A stretch of DNA of 24,000 nucleotides, taken from NCBI RefSeq assembly GCF_035607555.1, contig NZ_JAVHWZ010000003.1, positions 156,018 through 180,017 of the forward strand, in the 5' to 3' direction. Numbering within the stretch: position 1 is the first letter of the stretch; every line of letters begins with the position of its first letter. Below the pieces are notes generated by a model that was given only the letters and a program-made list of their open reading frames with translations, was not told the origin of the DNA and did not search any database. The position numbers were made by a program, and so were the translations under genes. This DNA is from Candidatus Bealeia paramacronuclearis (GTDB taxonomy: Bacteria; Pseudomonadota; Alphaproteobacteria; UBA9655). This document shows positions 6,942 through 16,377 of this stretch, in pieces.

Positions 6942-8132
6942 TTACGATCCCAGTTTTGTCATCGGATCAATCGCTTTAGTGCCTTCACGGATTTCAAAGT
7001 GAAGTTGTGCGTCCTCACCATTCTTACCGCTTTTGGCAATAGGTTGACCTTGCTTGACCTTGTCGCCTTTTTTGACAAGAATCTCTTTATTATGAGCATA
7101 AGCGGATTTTAGACCATTGGGGTGCTTGATCAAAATCAAGTTTCCAAAACCTTTAAGCTCATTTCCAGCATAAATGACTTCACCACTTTGCGCCGCTTTG
7201 ACCGCGGTGCCTTCGGGAACTTTGATGTTAATACCGTCATTTTTGGCTTTGCCTGTTTTGGTGCCAAATTTTGAAACAACAGGTCCTTGAACGGGCCATG
7301 CAAATTCTGTCGCTTCAACTAAAGCCTCTTCTTTGGGAGCAGGTTCTGCAACTTTAGGTATCTCGGCAACAGGAGGTGCTTTCACTACAGGTGGTTTAGG
7401 CGTATCTGGTTTTGAAGAGGTTGTTTTAGCAATGGTTGTGCCCACAGCCGCACTTGCCCCTGTCACAAGAGGCAAAACCCCCGGCTCATCTTCATGCTCG
7501 TCCTTCTTTTTAGGTTTTCCTGTTTCTTGGGCAAGCTCGTCTGCAAGATCATCTGGAAGAAGCGCCGTTTTAGAGGGAGTCTTTGCCGCCAATCCTTTAG
7601 GCTCATCCAATTTTTTTGCGATTAAAGGTAAGGGTGCCAAACTACTGGCTGCAATAACTGGGGTGGGAGGTGCCACCACAGGATCTGTATCTGCTGGTGG
7701 AATGGTGAGGCGTTGTTTGGGAGAAAGTGATGCGGTTGTTGTGATTTCATTTTCCCGCGCCAAAGCATCCATATTAACGCCATACATGGCGGCCACATCC
7801 TGCAAAGTCTCTCCTGGGGAGACGATGTGCTCATTGGGTTGAGGCAGTTCAAGAACTTGCCCCATCCGAAGCTCATAAGGGGCGGGAATATCGTTCAAAA
7901 TCACAAGCGCTTTTGTGGAAATTCCATTTTGATAAGCAATACCATAAACGGTGTCTTCAGGGCCTACTGTCACTTGCTTGGGCCGATTTGCTGAAAAATC
8001 GAGGCCTTTCTTTTGAGGCTCTGGTGAGATGAGTTCAGGGGTTCCCGCACAAGCAGAAAGGATCAACGCCAAAAGAGATACTGAAACAATTTCCGTGTGG
8101 CGACGTGGGGAATGTGTGAGAAGTTTTTTCAT
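6942..8132 (-). CDS. nlpD: NlpD-like lipoprotein: 2 x LysM + degenerate LytM (M23) domain, probable amidase activator
   Basis: The start is MKKLLTHSP...LLALILSAC (lipobox L-S-A-C), preceded by AAGAGGA. There are two LysM repeats ([19 protein letters not shown]...; [19 protein letters not shown]...), then a long P/A/K-rich linker. The C-terminal M23 fold ([28 protein letters not shown]...QLHFEIREG) closely parallels E. coli NlpD. The ORF-track start at 8402 is an extension that overlaps serS. Confidence 0.85.
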   Translation of the reverse strand: MKKLLTHSPRRHTEIVSVSLLALILSACAGTPELISPEPQKKGLDFSANRPKQVTVGPEDTVYGIAYQNGISTKALVILNDIPAPYELRMGQVLELPQPNEHIVSPGETLQDVAAMYGVNMDALARENEITTTASLSPKQRLTIPPADTDPVVAPPTPVIAASSLAPLPLIAKKLDEPKGLAAKTPSKTALLPDDLADELAQETGKPKKKDEHEDEPGVLPLVTGASAAVGTTIAKTTSSKPDTPKPPVVKAPPVAEIPKVAEPAPKEEALVEATEFAWPVQGPVVSKFGTKTGKAKNDGINIKVPEGTAVKAAQSGEVIYAGNELKGFGNLILIKHPNGLKSAYAHNKEILVKKGDKVKQGQPIAKSGKNGEDAQLHFEIREGTKAIDPMTKLGS

Positions 8133-9412
8133 GACGTCCTCTTTGTAATGTGAGTTTGACCACCCATATAAGGTTGTAAGATGGAAGGGATGCGAATGGA
8201 CCCATCGGCCTCTTGATAATTTTCCATAATTGCCAAAAGCGTGCGACCAATGGCCAGACCCGATCCATTTAAGGTATGCACAAATTTTGTTTTCTTGCCT
8301 CCTTCCGGATCCCGCATACGCGCATTCATGCGCCGTGCTTGATAATCGCCGCAATTGGACGTACTCGAGATTTCGCGGTAAGCATTTTGTCCAGGAAGCC
8401 AAACTTCATTATCGTAAGTTTTTTTGGATTGAGATCCCATATCCCCTGTAGAAAGAACCAACGTCCTGTAATGAAGCCCTAATTTCTCAAGGATGTTTTG
8501 AGCCGCTTTGAGCATCCGGTTGTGCTCGGCTTTGGAATCCTCAGGGGTTGTGATTCCTACAAGTTCCACTTTGTGAAATTGGTGCTGGCGGAGCATCCCT
8601 TTGGTATCTTTTCCGGCAGATCCTGCTTCTGAGCGAAAGCACGGTGTATACGCCATATAGCGGCGTGGTAAAGTTTCGTAATCAACAATCTCATCCGCCA
8701 CCAAATTAGTGAGAGAGACTTCAGAAGTAGAAATCAACCAATAACCATTGGTGGTTTGAAATAAATCTTCTGCAAATTTGGGGAGCTGTCCCACGCCATA
8801 AACCGCATTATCGCGCACCAAATAAGGCGGCGAGATCTCCTCATATCCAAACTCGGAACGATGGGTATCGAGCATGAATTGACCAATCGCACGCTCAAGG
8901 CGTGCCAGATCACCTTTTAAAACTACAAAGCGCGCACCTGACATTTTGGCGGCAGCCTCAAAGTCCATGAGACCTAAAGCTTCGCCAAGCTCTCCGTGTT
9001 CTTGAGGTGTAAAATCAAATTGAGGTTTTTCTCCAAAAATGTGCACCTGCACATTGGCAGATTCATCTGATCCCACAGGTACGTCCTCAAAAGGAACGTT
9101 GGGGATAATCGCCAATAGAGATTCGAGTTTTTGCGAGATTTCTTTTTCTTCGTCTTCAAGGCGGGGAAGATTTTCAGAAATTTGATTCGCCTCAATCATC
9201 AGGTTGGTCGTGTCTTCACCTTTGCCACGTGCCATACCGATGCGCTTAGAAAGCGCATTTTTGGCATTTTGAAGATCTTGCACTTCTGCAATTTTAGAAC
9301 GACGCGATTCATCGAGTGCAATTAAATCGGTAGCCTGAAACACAGTGCCTCGGGCTTTCATAGCGGTATCAAAATCTTGCGGATTTTCGCGAATCCATTT
9401 TATATCGAGCAT
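8129..9412 (-). CDS. serS: Seryl-tRNA synthetase
   Basis: 427 aa. [11 protein letters not shown]..., an N-terminal coiled-coil arm, and class II motifs ([51 protein letters not shown]). The stop overlaps the nlpD start (ATGA). Confidence 0.95.
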   Translation of the reverse strand: MLDIKWIRENPQDFDTAMKARGTVFQATDLIALDESRRSKIAEVQDLQNAKNALSKRIGMARGKGEDTTNLMIEANQISENLPRLEDEEKEISQKLESLLAIIPNVPFEDVPVGSDESANVQVHIFGEKPQFDFTPQEHGELGEALGLMDFEAAAKMSGARFVVLKGDLARLERAIGQFMLDTHRSEFGYEEISPPYLVRDNAVYGVGQLPKFAEDLFQTTNGYWLISTSEVSLTNLVADEIVDYETLPRRYMAYTPCFRSEAGSAGKDTKGMLRQHQFHKVELVGITTPEDSKAEHNRMLKAAQNILEKLGLHYRTLVLSTGDMGSQSKKTYDNEVWLPGQNAYREISSTSNCGDYQARRMNARMRDPEGGKKTKFVHTLNGSGLAIGRTLLAIMENYQEADGSIRIPSILQPYMGGQTHITKRTS

Positions 9413-10188
9413 TAGGAAGCCTTCACATTCTCTTGAGTTTGCATTATACGCACTTTCTCTGTTCTTTTTACCAAAATTATAGAAATTTCATAGAGGGCAT
9501 AAAGCGGAATAATCAAACTAATGGGGCTAAAAAAATCCGGGGGTGTGATGATCGCGGCCACAATAACAATTCCCAAAAAGGCATACTTACGTTTGTCTTG
9601 AAGCATTTTAGAACTCACAATTCCCAATCGCCCCAAAAGATACATCACAACAGGAAGCTGAAAACAAAGGCCAAAGGAAAAAATCAACTTGAGAACCAAG
9701 GATAAATATTCCTCAACGCGGGCTTCCAATTGAATGGGAAGAACACCAGGAGAGGGGGGCGTTTCAAAACTGAGGAAAAATTTCCACGCCACCGGACACA
9801 CAACATAATAGGCCATAGCACTTCCCAAAAGAAATAAGAGAGGGGCACCTAAAAATAAAGGGATCGCCAATTTTTTTTCTTGAGAATAAAGACCCGGGCT
9901 TAAAAATTGCCAAACTTGATATGCCAAAACGGGGAAGGATAAAAAGAGGCCTCCGAAAAAAGAGATCTTTAAATAGGTTATAAAAGCTTCCGTAAGGCCC
10001 GTATAAATCAAACGTCGTCCGGGTTGACCTTGCAACAATGTCGTTAAAGGTTCGACTAAAAATTCAAAGATATCTTGGGAAAAGAAATAGGCCAAACCCA
10101 TGCCCAAAACCAAAACACTTACCACAATCAAAAGACGCCGCCGGAGTTCTATGAGATGCTCGAGTAAAGGTTTTTGGACGTCATTCAT
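9412..10188 (-). CDS. tatC: Twin-arginine translocase subunit TatC
   Basis: 258 aa polytopic membrane protein. [13 protein letters not shown]..., ...[13 protein letters not shown]..., ...AIITPPD are typical of TatC. It follows tatA-tatB. Confidence 0.93.
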   Translation of the reverse strand: MNDVQKPLLEHLIELRRRLLIVVSVLVLGMGLAYFFSQDIFEFLVEPLTTLLQGQPGRRLIYTGLTEAFITYLKISFFGGLFLSFPVLAYQVWQFLSPGLYSQEKKLAIPLFLGAPLLFLLGSAMAYYVVCPVAWKFFLSFETPPSPGVLPIQLEARVEEYLSLVLKLIFSFGLCFQLPVVMYLLGRLGIVSSKMLQDKRKYAFLGIVIVAAIITPPDFFSPISLIIPLYALYEISIILVKRTEKVRIMQTQENVKAS

Positions 10189-10411
10189 CTTGAGGAATTT
10201 GTGCTGCTTTCTTGCGCTTTTGCGTCAGGGTTTCAACATCATTGAGATTTTGGATATTGTGCATTTCTGTCATAAAATACCCACTCCACATTTTGATTTT
10301 TCCAACAATACGTCCGAACATACGAAGGACTTTAGGAAGATCTTTGGGTCCAATAATAATCAACGCCAAAATAGCAATGACGATGCTTTCGGCCCAACCT
10401 CCGAGACTCAT
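10181..10411 (-). CDS. tatB: Twin-arginine translocase subunit TatB
   Basis: 76 aa with an N-terminal TM helix then an amphipathic helix ([31 protein letters not shown]). It lies between tatA and tatC, and its start overlaps the tatA stop (ATGA). Confidence 0.8.
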   Translation of the reverse strand: MSLGGWAESIVIAILALIIIGPKDLPKVLRMFGRIVGKIKMWSGYFMTEMHNIQNLNDVETLTQKRKKAAQIPQDE

Positions 10412-10599
10412 GGCTTATCTTTCTTTGGAGACTCAATTAAAGTTTGTGGTTTGTCTTCTTCCCCACCCTCTTTCATCCCATCGCGAAAAGCCCGCATACC
10501 TTTGGCCAAATCTGCCATAACTGAGGGTAGTTTGCCTGCGCCAAAGACAATAAGAATCACAACTAGAACGAGTAAGACGTGACTAAAACTTAAACCCAT
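10408..10599 (-). CDS. tatA: Twin-arginine translocase subunit TatA/E
   Basis: 63 aa. [41 protein letters not shown] is the canonical TatA motif (FG..KLP). Confidence 0.88.
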   Translation of the reverse strand: MGLSFSHVLLVLVVILIVFGAGKLPSVMADLAKGMRAFRDGMKEGGEEDKPQTLIESPKKDKP

Positions 10600-10670
10600 G
10601 ACTTTTTCTCCATTTAAAATTCATCCTGAAATGAATTCAGCATGACGATACTATTAATATTCAGTACACC

Positions 10671-11343
10671 TTAAATTTCCTGAAGTCCAGTAATTGTCGT
10701 AATGAAAGAGTGCAAGATTTCAACAGGTCCGGAAATCAGTGCTCCTAAAATACTAAAATGAAGCCCCAAAAGTGTTGGCAATGCCAAAAGTCCAATTAAA
10801 ATCAAAAATCCAAAACGCTCAAGGCGTGCCAAAGGTTTGGCCAAAACATCTGGTAATAATCCAACAGCCACCCGCCCTCCATCCAGAGGCGGCAAGGGCA
10901 GCATATTATAATATGGCCAAAACGCAATTCATCAAAATGGAGACGCCGAGCATTTTCATTAAAAGGGGTTGGAGGACTTCAGGAAACCACGCCACAAGGT
11001 GGATTAAAAGTGCGGACAGGAATGCCAGAAAAACATTGGTTAATGGGCCTGCTAAAGCGACGACAACCATATCTTGGCGGGGCCGTCTTAAGCGGGCAAA
11101 ATTCACTGGCACGGGTTTGGCATATCCAAATAAAAAGGGAGCCCCTGACATAAACAAAAAAAGGGGCATCAAAATGGTTCCGAAAAGATCAATGTGTTTG
11201 ATCGGATTCATACTAAGACGCCCGGCGCGAAGTGCCGTGTCATCTCCATATCTTAGGGCCGCATAGCCGTGCGCAGCTTCATGAAGGGTGACCGCTAAAA
11301 TAATGGGAATTCCCCAGGTGATGATATTTTCAAAAAGCTCCAT
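10671..11343 (-). pseudogene. Site-2 protease family (peptidase M50) gene interrupted by a 1-nt frameshift (two ORFs, 10906-11343 and 10671-10904)
   Basis: The upstream ORF carries the HExxH motif (TLHEAAHG) and ends ...MNCVLAIL*. The next frame continues immediately with (YYN)MLPLPPLDGGRVAVGLLP, which is the conserved NxxPxPPLDG zinc-ligand motif of the same family. Both halves are needed for one catalytic site. The break lies in the AT-only palindrome ATATTATAATAT (10903-10914). Confidence 0.8.
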
Positions 11344-12280
11344 GGAGGGCCTCCCACCGCGCTAAAGTCATTTCAGAAAGGGGCAAAACCCCACGAATTG
11401 TATCTTCCATTTCGTCCATCTTTCCAGAACAATGAAGCACAACATCGCATCCCGCCAAAAGGGCTTTTTGTGCGCGGTCTTGGAAGGTTCCCTTCAAGGC
11501 TTTCATGCCGATATCATCACTAACTAAAATGCCCTGAAATCCAATTTCTCCTCGAATAATTTCAGAGATGACTTTGGGGGAATGTGTTGCTGGATTAAGA
11601 GAGTCCAAAGCTTCATAAATAATATGGGCCGTCATCGCCCAGGGCGCGTTTTTATTGACTTTAAAAGCTTCAAAATGGGGTTTGAGTTCTTTATGCGTCA
11701 TCGTTACACGGGGCAAGTCTTCGTGACTATCACAATCTGCGGGCCCATGGGTTGGTATATGCTTGATAATAGATGTAATTCCTGAATCTTGAAAAGAACG
11801 AATGACCTCGTGGCCTAAAATTCCGGCAATCTTTGAATCCCTTGAAAATGCACGATCTCCAATAATTTGATCAGCGCCGTCGACATTCAAATCCAACAGT
11901 GGGGCACAATTAACCGAAATGCCTAAGTCCTTCAGATCTTGAGCAATTGATTTAAAATTGCGGTAAGTTTCGGTTTTGGCTTTTTCCAAATCAGATTTTG
12001 CCAGATCCCCAAAAGTTTTAGCTGTTGGATACGCCTTCCAAAAGGGGGGCCGCAGGCGCGCCACACGTCCACCCTCTTGATCAATGAGGATGGGAGGATT
12101 TTTGTGTTTAAGGCTTGATTTAAAATCTTCAATGAGAGCACGGACCTGATCTGGGTTTTCAATATTACGCGCAAAAAGAATTAATCCCAAAGGTTGATGT
12201 TTTTCAAAAAAAACTTTTTCCTCTTGGGTCAAAGAGTGACCTTCACAACCAAAAATGATAGGTTTAGGGAGTGACAACAA
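11330..12280 (-). CDS. nagZ: Beta-N-acetylhexosaminidase NagZ (GH3, peptidoglycan recycling)
   Basis: ...PIIFGCEGHSLTQEEKVFFEKHQPLGLILFARNIENPDQV...IDQEGGRVARL...GISVNCAPLLDL...DRAFS...KHIPTHGPADCDSHEDLP matches the GH3 NagZ signature. The ORF-track start at 12319 is a TTG lying 56 nt inside the upstream gene. I prefer the in-frame TTG at 12280 or 12277, which is 9-12 nt after a GGGAG. The exact start is uncertain. Confidence 0.88.
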   Translation of the reverse strand: MLSLPKPIIFGCEGHSLTQEEKVFFEKHQPLGLILFARNIENPDQVRALIEDFKSSLKHKNPPILIDQEGGRVARLRPPFWKAYPTAKTFGDLAKSDLEKAKTETYRNFKSIAQDLKDLGISVNCAPLLDLNVDGADQIIGDRAFSRDSKIAGILGHEVIRSFQDSGITSIIKHIPTHGPADCDSHEDLPRVTMTHKELKPHFEAFKVNKNAPWAMTAHIIYEALDSLNPATHSPKVISEIIRGEIGFQGILVSDDIGMKALKGTFQDRAQKALLAGCDVVLHCSGKMDEMEDTIRGVLPLSEMTLARWEALHGAF

Positions 12281-13133
12281 GGCATTCGACTCCCTTTTCT
12301 TTAAGGGCAGAACATGCAACCTTGGCTTTTTCGCGGGTTGTGAAATGCCCTACTCTCAAGCGGTGAAAAACACCTTTTTCGGCCCCAAGATCTACTTTTT
12401 GAACGCTATGTTTAAGCTTACCCAAAACATTAGCGTGTTTTTTCGATAAACGTTTCCATTCGTCCTCCGCATCTTCTTTGGACTTCAAAGACCCCAATTG
12501 AATTTGAACTCCACCAGTCACTTTTTCTTCTTTTTTGGCTTCAACCTTTTTCTCTTCTTGGGGAGAATCGTTTGCAACCCCATTTTCCTCAACACTAGCT
12601 TTTGAAATAAGGGCAGAGATGGGATCCTCTTCCTCAAGAACCGGATCTTCTTCTGCCATCAGATTTGTTTCTTCGGGAAGATTCTCAAATTGCTGAGCTA
12701 CGGCCTCAGGAACATGTTCTACATCGGGATATTGCGGCACCATTTTCACAGGATCTTCCTCATCCACCAATTGGACAGGCGGTATGATTTCCGCTACCGG
12801 TTCTGGCTCTGGCAAAATATGTTCGACATGGGCCACTTCTGGATTGCTTTGAAGACGCTCATAAACAAGTTTGTCCTGGTTTTGGACGGAACTTACCGAT
12901 TTATCATCAGAAGGAATTTTATAAGGTGTTTGATCAGCACGAATCAGAGGGATGGATTGAGATTGTATTGGGCGCACGTTAAAAAAAAGATACCAACCGC
13001 CCACGATCAAAATTACAGCTCCTAAAAGAATGAGGACGTATTTCAAAGGGGATGCAAATCGCCACCAACCCATATTTTCATCGTGTTCATGATCGTGCCA
13101 ATAACGATCTTCATCATCAATGCGTAAGCTCAT
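12264..13133 (-). CDS. SPOR-domain (septal peptidoglycan-binding) membrane protein
   Basis: 289 aa with one N-terminal TM helix (YVLILLGAVILIVGGWYLFF) and an acidic/Pro-rich linker. The C-terminal part, GGVQIQLGSLKSKEDAEDEWKRLSKKHANVL...FHRLRVGHFTTREKAKVACSALKEKGVECLVV, is typical of a SPOR domain. Confidence 0.8.
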   Translation of the reverse strand: MSLRIDDEDRYWHDHEHDENMGWWRFASPLKYVLILLGAVILIVGGWYLFFNVRPIQSQSIPLIRADQTPYKIPSDDKSVSSVQNQDKLVYERLQSNPEVAHVEHILPEPEPVAEIIPPVQLVDEEDPVKMVPQYPDVEHVPEAVAQQFENLPEETNLMAEEDPVLEEEDPISALISKASVEENGVANDSPQEEKKVEAKKEEKVTGGVQIQLGSLKSKEDAEDEWKRLSKKHANVLGKLKHSVQKVDLGAEKGVFHRLRVGHFTTREKAKVACSALKEKGVECLVVTP

Positions 13134-14890
13134 CCGCGCATCTCCTCTTGAGGGGTAACCCCAAAAATTTTCAATCCCGAAGCAATCACATCCGCAAGCG
13201 CTTGAAGTAAGGCCAACCGGGCTTTTGTCACTTCAAGATTCTCTGGCAAAATAAATCTCAGTAAGGCATCTTCTTTGCCCTTATTCCACAACATATGAAA
13301 CTGTTGTGCAAGTTCATACAAATAATAGGTGAGTCTGTGTGGCTCATGAGCCTCAGCCGCACCTTCAACTTGTCGTGGCCATCCCGCTAAAAGCTGAACC
13401 AATCGCAATTCATCGGGATCTTGAAGTTGAGTAAAATCAGCGGTTTTCAGAACCGCTCTTGAGAAGTCAACCCGTGGGAAAGTCTCCCCTGCCATACGCT
13501 TGACAGAATGAACCCGGGCGTACGCATAGTTCACATAAAAAACAGGATTGTCTTTGGATTGGGCCAAAACTTGCTGTAAATCAAACTCCAAATGAGCATC
13601 GTTTTTACGGCTCACCATCATGAAACGAAAAACGTCTTTTCCGACCTGCTCGACAATATCAGAAATGGTTACGAACGTACCCGCACGTTTTGACATTTTC
13701 ATGGGAACGCCATTATCGAGAAAATTCACGATCTGGCAAATGATCACATCCACATCGCCTTTTTGATCCGTCACAGCTTTGACGGCCGAGCGAATGCGTT
13801 TTACGTATCCGCCATGATCTGCTCCCCACACATTGATCATGCGGGAAAAGCCCCGTTCAAATTTATTCAAATGATAGGCAATGTCCGGAGCAAAATAGGT
13901 CCAGCTGCCATCGAATTTTTTCAAAGGGCGATCTACATCGTCTCCAAATTCCGTCGATTTAAACAACAATTGAGGACGGGGCTCCCAATCTTCTATCACT
14001 TTGCCTTTGGGAGCTTCCAAAATGCCTTCATATAAAAGGCCTTTCTTTTGAAGGCTGTCAACGGCATCTTCAACAGCGCCTGATTTTTGAAGTGCCATTT
14101 CAGATGTAAAAACGTCTTGATGAATTCCAATGAGTTCCAAATCCGTGCGAATCATCTTCATCATCATCTCAACGGCAAAGGTTTGGAAAACCTCAAGCCA
14201 CTGAGATTCATCTTGATTTAACCACTTCGCACCATCACGCAGTGCAATGGATTTACCGACATCCTTCAAATAGTCCCCCGGATAGTATCCTTCAGGAATT
14301 TCAGGAATTTGAATGCCCAAAGCCTCTTGATAACGCAAATACGTGGATCGTGCTAAAATCCGGGCCTGATTTCCGGCGTCATTGATGTAGTACTCGCGAC
14401 AAACGCCATATCCGACTTTTTGAAGCAGCGTTGCCAAAACATCAGCCACTACAGCCACCCGTCCGTGTCCAGCATGAAGAGGACCTGTGGGATTGGCTGA
14501 GACGTACTCAATGTTGATTTTCTCTCCCCGGCCTAAAGTGGAGGCTCCAAAATTATCGCCCACTTCCAAAATATCCTTGAGAAGATCTAAGAAAAAAGAG
14601 TTCTCAAGGCGAATGTTAATAAATCCTGGCCCTGCAATTTCAACAGTTGATACAAAAGGCAGTTTTTGGAGTGCGGGCAACAGAAGTTCTGCCAAAGCAC
14701 GTGGATTCAAACCTGTGGGTTTTGCCAAAACCATAGCGGCATTGGTGGACATGTCACCGTGACTGGGATCGCGAGGGGGTTCCGTTGTAATACGGTTCAA
14801 GTCCAAGCCTTCAGGCAGACTTCCTTCCTGAATGAGTTGTGTCAAAATAGTGAGGATATGGTGTCTGTAAGTTTCAAAAAAGTTCATCAT
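13130..14890 (-). CDS. argS: Arginyl-tRNA synthetase
   Basis: 586 aa with class I motifs (SANPTGPLHAGHGR as HIGH-like, MSKRAG as KMSKS-like) and the C-terminal anticodon-binding DALR region. The stop overlaps the next start (ATGA). Confidence 0.95.
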   Translation of the reverse strand: MMNFFETYRHHILTILTQLIQEGSLPEGLDLNRITTEPPRDPSHGDMSTNAAMVLAKPTGLNPRALAELLLPALQKLPFVSTVEIAGPGFINIRLENSFFLDLLKDILEVGDNFGASTLGRGEKINIEYVSANPTGPLHAGHGRVAVVADVLATLLQKVGYGVCREYYINDAGNQARILARSTYLRYQEALGIQIPEIPEGYYPGDYLKDVGKSIALRDGAKWLNQDESQWLEVFQTFAVEMMMKMIRTDLELIGIHQDVFTSEMALQKSGAVEDAVDSLQKKGLLYEGILEAPKGKVIEDWEPRPQLLFKSTEFGDDVDRPLKKFDGSWTYFAPDIAYHLNKFERGFSRMINVWGADHGGYVKRIRSAVKAVTDQKGDVDVIICQIVNFLDNGVPMKMSKRAGTFVTISDIVEQVGKDVFRFMMVSRKNDAHLEFDLQQVLAQSKDNPVFYVNYAYARVHSVKRMAGETFPRVDFSRAVLKTADFTQLQDPDELRLVQLLAGWPRQVEGAAEAHEPHRLTYYLYELAQQFHMLWNKGKEDALLRFILPENLEVTKARLALLQALADVIASGLKIFGVTPQEEMRG

Positions 14891-14972
14891 GCACGAAAAA
14901 TTTGATTTTTAAGATAGGTTTGTTGTAGCATAGGGACCTCTAAGAACTCAATCTTTGTAATTACACCTATAT

Positions 14973-15311
14973 ATGAATCCTCGTTTGACCATTACCGAAA
15001 GCGCTGCCAAACAAATAGCACATCTTATTTCTGAGGAAAAGGAAGGTGGGAAAGACTTAATGCTACGCCTCACCATCAGCGGGGGTGGCTGTTCTGGATT
15101 TCAATATGGATTTTCTTTGGATAATGCCGTGAATCCTGATGATGAGATTTTTGAATCTCAAGGCGTCAAAGTTATTGCCGATGAAGCTTCGCTAAGTCTT
15201 TTAGAAGGATCTCAAATCGATTACCATGAAGATCTCATGAGTGCGAGTTTTGTGATTAAAAACCCCAATGCGTCATCCTCTTGTGGATGTGGAAATTCTT
15301 TTTCCGTTTAG
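14973..15311 (+). CDS. erpA: Iron-sulfur cluster insertion protein, ErpA/IscA (HesB) family
   Basis: 112 aa. LRLTISGGGCSGFQYGFSLD...IDYHEDLMSASFVIKNPNASSSCGCGNSF carries the three conserved Cys (C-x63-C-G-C) of A-type carriers. Confidence 0.9.
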   Translation: MNPRLTITESAAKQIAHLISEEKEGGKDLMLRLTISGGGCSGFQYGFSLDNAVNPDDEIFESQGVKVIADEASLSLLEGSQIDYHEDLMSASFVIKNPNASSSCGCGNSFSV

Positions 15312-15313
15312 CC

Positions 15314-16048
15314 TTACCCTCCTCCATAACTTTGGATAAGACTTCCAGCCACAAGGTGCCATCCATCAATAAGAACAAAAAAAATAATCTTAAAAGGCAG
15401 GGAAATGGTGACGGGCGGGAGCATCATCATACCCATAGACATGAGGACGGAGGCGACCACCATGTCGATAATGAGAAACGGAATAAACAAAAGAAACCCT
15501 ATTTCAAAAGCACGTTTGAGTTCGCTAATCATAAAAGCGGGCACCAAAACTTTGAGTGGAAGTTCAGACGCCTTATTGACGGAAGGGACTTTTGCAATAT
15601 CCATAAAAAGGCCCAAATCTTTTTCACGCACATGTTTGAGCATGAATTCTTGGATGGGTCCCACAGATTTTTCCCACGCTTCTTCTTCTGTGATTTCTTC
15701 GGCCATGTAAGGTTTTACCCCAGATTCATAAGCTTTCTCCAAAGTCGGCCCCATAATAAAGGCTGTCAAAAAAAGGGCCAAACTGATGATCACAGTATTG
15801 GGGGGGGATTGCTGGAGTCCCAAAGCATTTCTTAAAAAAGAAAAAACGACCACAATACGTGTGAAGGAAGTCGTCATGACTAAAATTGAGGGCGCAAGTG
15901 CTAAAATCGAGGTAAGTGCTAAAAGCTGAATAAAGCGAGTGGTGACCGAAGGGCCCTCTCCCAAATCAAGTGAAATGGATTGGGCGCAAAGAGGATCCGT
16001 CAAAAACAGAAACCCTAAAAGGATGAATAGAATTAGTCGCAAAGCCAT
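15314..16048 (-). CDS. fliP: Flagellar type III export apparatus protein FliP
   Basis: 244 aa. After a signal-like N-terminus come ...LLALTSILALAPSILVMTTSFTRIVVVFSFLRNALGLQQSPPN...ISLALFLTAFIMGP...AFMISELKRAFEIGFLLFIPFLIIDMVVASVLMSMGMMMLPP, the hallmark FliP/SctR sequence. Confidence 0.93.
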   Translation of the reverse strand: MALRLILFILLGFLFLTDPLCAQSISLDLGEGPSVTTRFIQLLALTSILALAPSILVMTTSFTRIVVVFSFLRNALGLQQSPPNTVIISLALFLTAFIMGPTLEKAYESGVKPYMAEEITEEEAWEKSVGPIQEFMLKHVREKDLGLFMDIAKVPSVNKASELPLKVLVPAFMISELKRAFEIGFLLFIPFLIIDMVVASVLMSMGMMMLPPVTISLPFKIIFFVLIDGWHLVAGSLIQSYGGG

Positions 16049-16052
16049 AAAG

Positions 16053-16340
16053 TCAAGCGGTTTTCTCCGCCCTTTTGATTGAGATTACTGTATCTTCTTC
16101 TTTTTTGGGGTGGATTGCAATCACTTGATCTCCTTTTGAGGATAAAAGGAGAAGAATCTCTTGATCCTTCCATTGAACACTCACAAGTCTACGTCCATTA
16201 TCAATCCAAAATGAGTTTTGAAGAGAAATTGTTTTAAAACTTGAAGGTGCGTTTTGAGCGCCCACAAAACGTTGAAAAAGACGAATTGAAAAAGGGATTA
16301 CAAGGACGATACCCCCCAAAACCAAAAGTGATGTGAGCAC
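16053..16340 (-). CDS. fliO: Probable flagellar biosynthesis protein FliO
   Basis: 95 aa with a single N-terminal TM helix, then ...IDNGRRLVSVQWKDQEILLLLSSKGDQVI, resembling the FliO soluble domain. It sits immediately upstream of fliP. GTG start. The call rests mainly on position and architecture. Confidence 0.6.
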   Translation of the reverse strand: MLTSLLVLGGIVLVIPFSIRLFQRFVGAQNAPSSFKTISLQNSFWIDNGRRLVSVQWKDQEILLLLSSKGDQVIAIHPKKEEDTVISIKRAEKTA

Positions 16341-16377
16341 CCGTCCAGCCCTGAAAAATCTCCACGATCCTAAAACT

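Noticed and set aside
7333-7842. 169-aa + strand ORF (Gly/Ala/Ser/Thr-rich)
   Set aside because: It is antisense to the Pro/Ala/Lys-rich linker of nlpD. Low-complexity mirror ORFs of this kind are a compositional artefact, and it has no motifs or SD.
8133-8402. N-terminal 90-codon extension of the nlpD ORF (the ORF track gives 6942-8402)
   Set aside because: The extension lies entirely inside the well-supported serS coding region in another frame and has no signal peptide. An ATG at 8132 with an AAGAGGA SD yields a textbook lipoprotein signal (LILSAC).
10618-10637. AATTCAT-CCTGAA-ATGAATT inverted repeat between the M50 stop and the tatA start, as a possible terminator or attenuator
   Set aside because: The stem is only 7 bp and almost all A/T, and the trailing U-run on the minus strand is poor. 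It is too weak to call.
10903-10914. Programmed +1 ribosomal frameshifting in the M50 gene
   Set aside because: The site (UUA UAA U) lacks a slippery codon that allows re-pairing in the +1 frame, and it has no upstream SD-like stimulator like the one in prfB. A mutation or a sequencing indel is the simpler explanation.
10100-11266. + strand ORFs 10100-10582, 10212-10520 and 10772-11266
   Set aside because: They are antisense to tatC/tatB/tatA and to the M50 protease gene. They have no motifs, and the sense-strand genes explain the region.
15281-15835. 184-aa and 101-aa + strand ORFs opposite fliP
   Set aside because: They are antisense to the highly conserved fliP. Their His/Lys/Arg-rich low-complexity translations are typical of the reverse strand of a membrane-protein gene.
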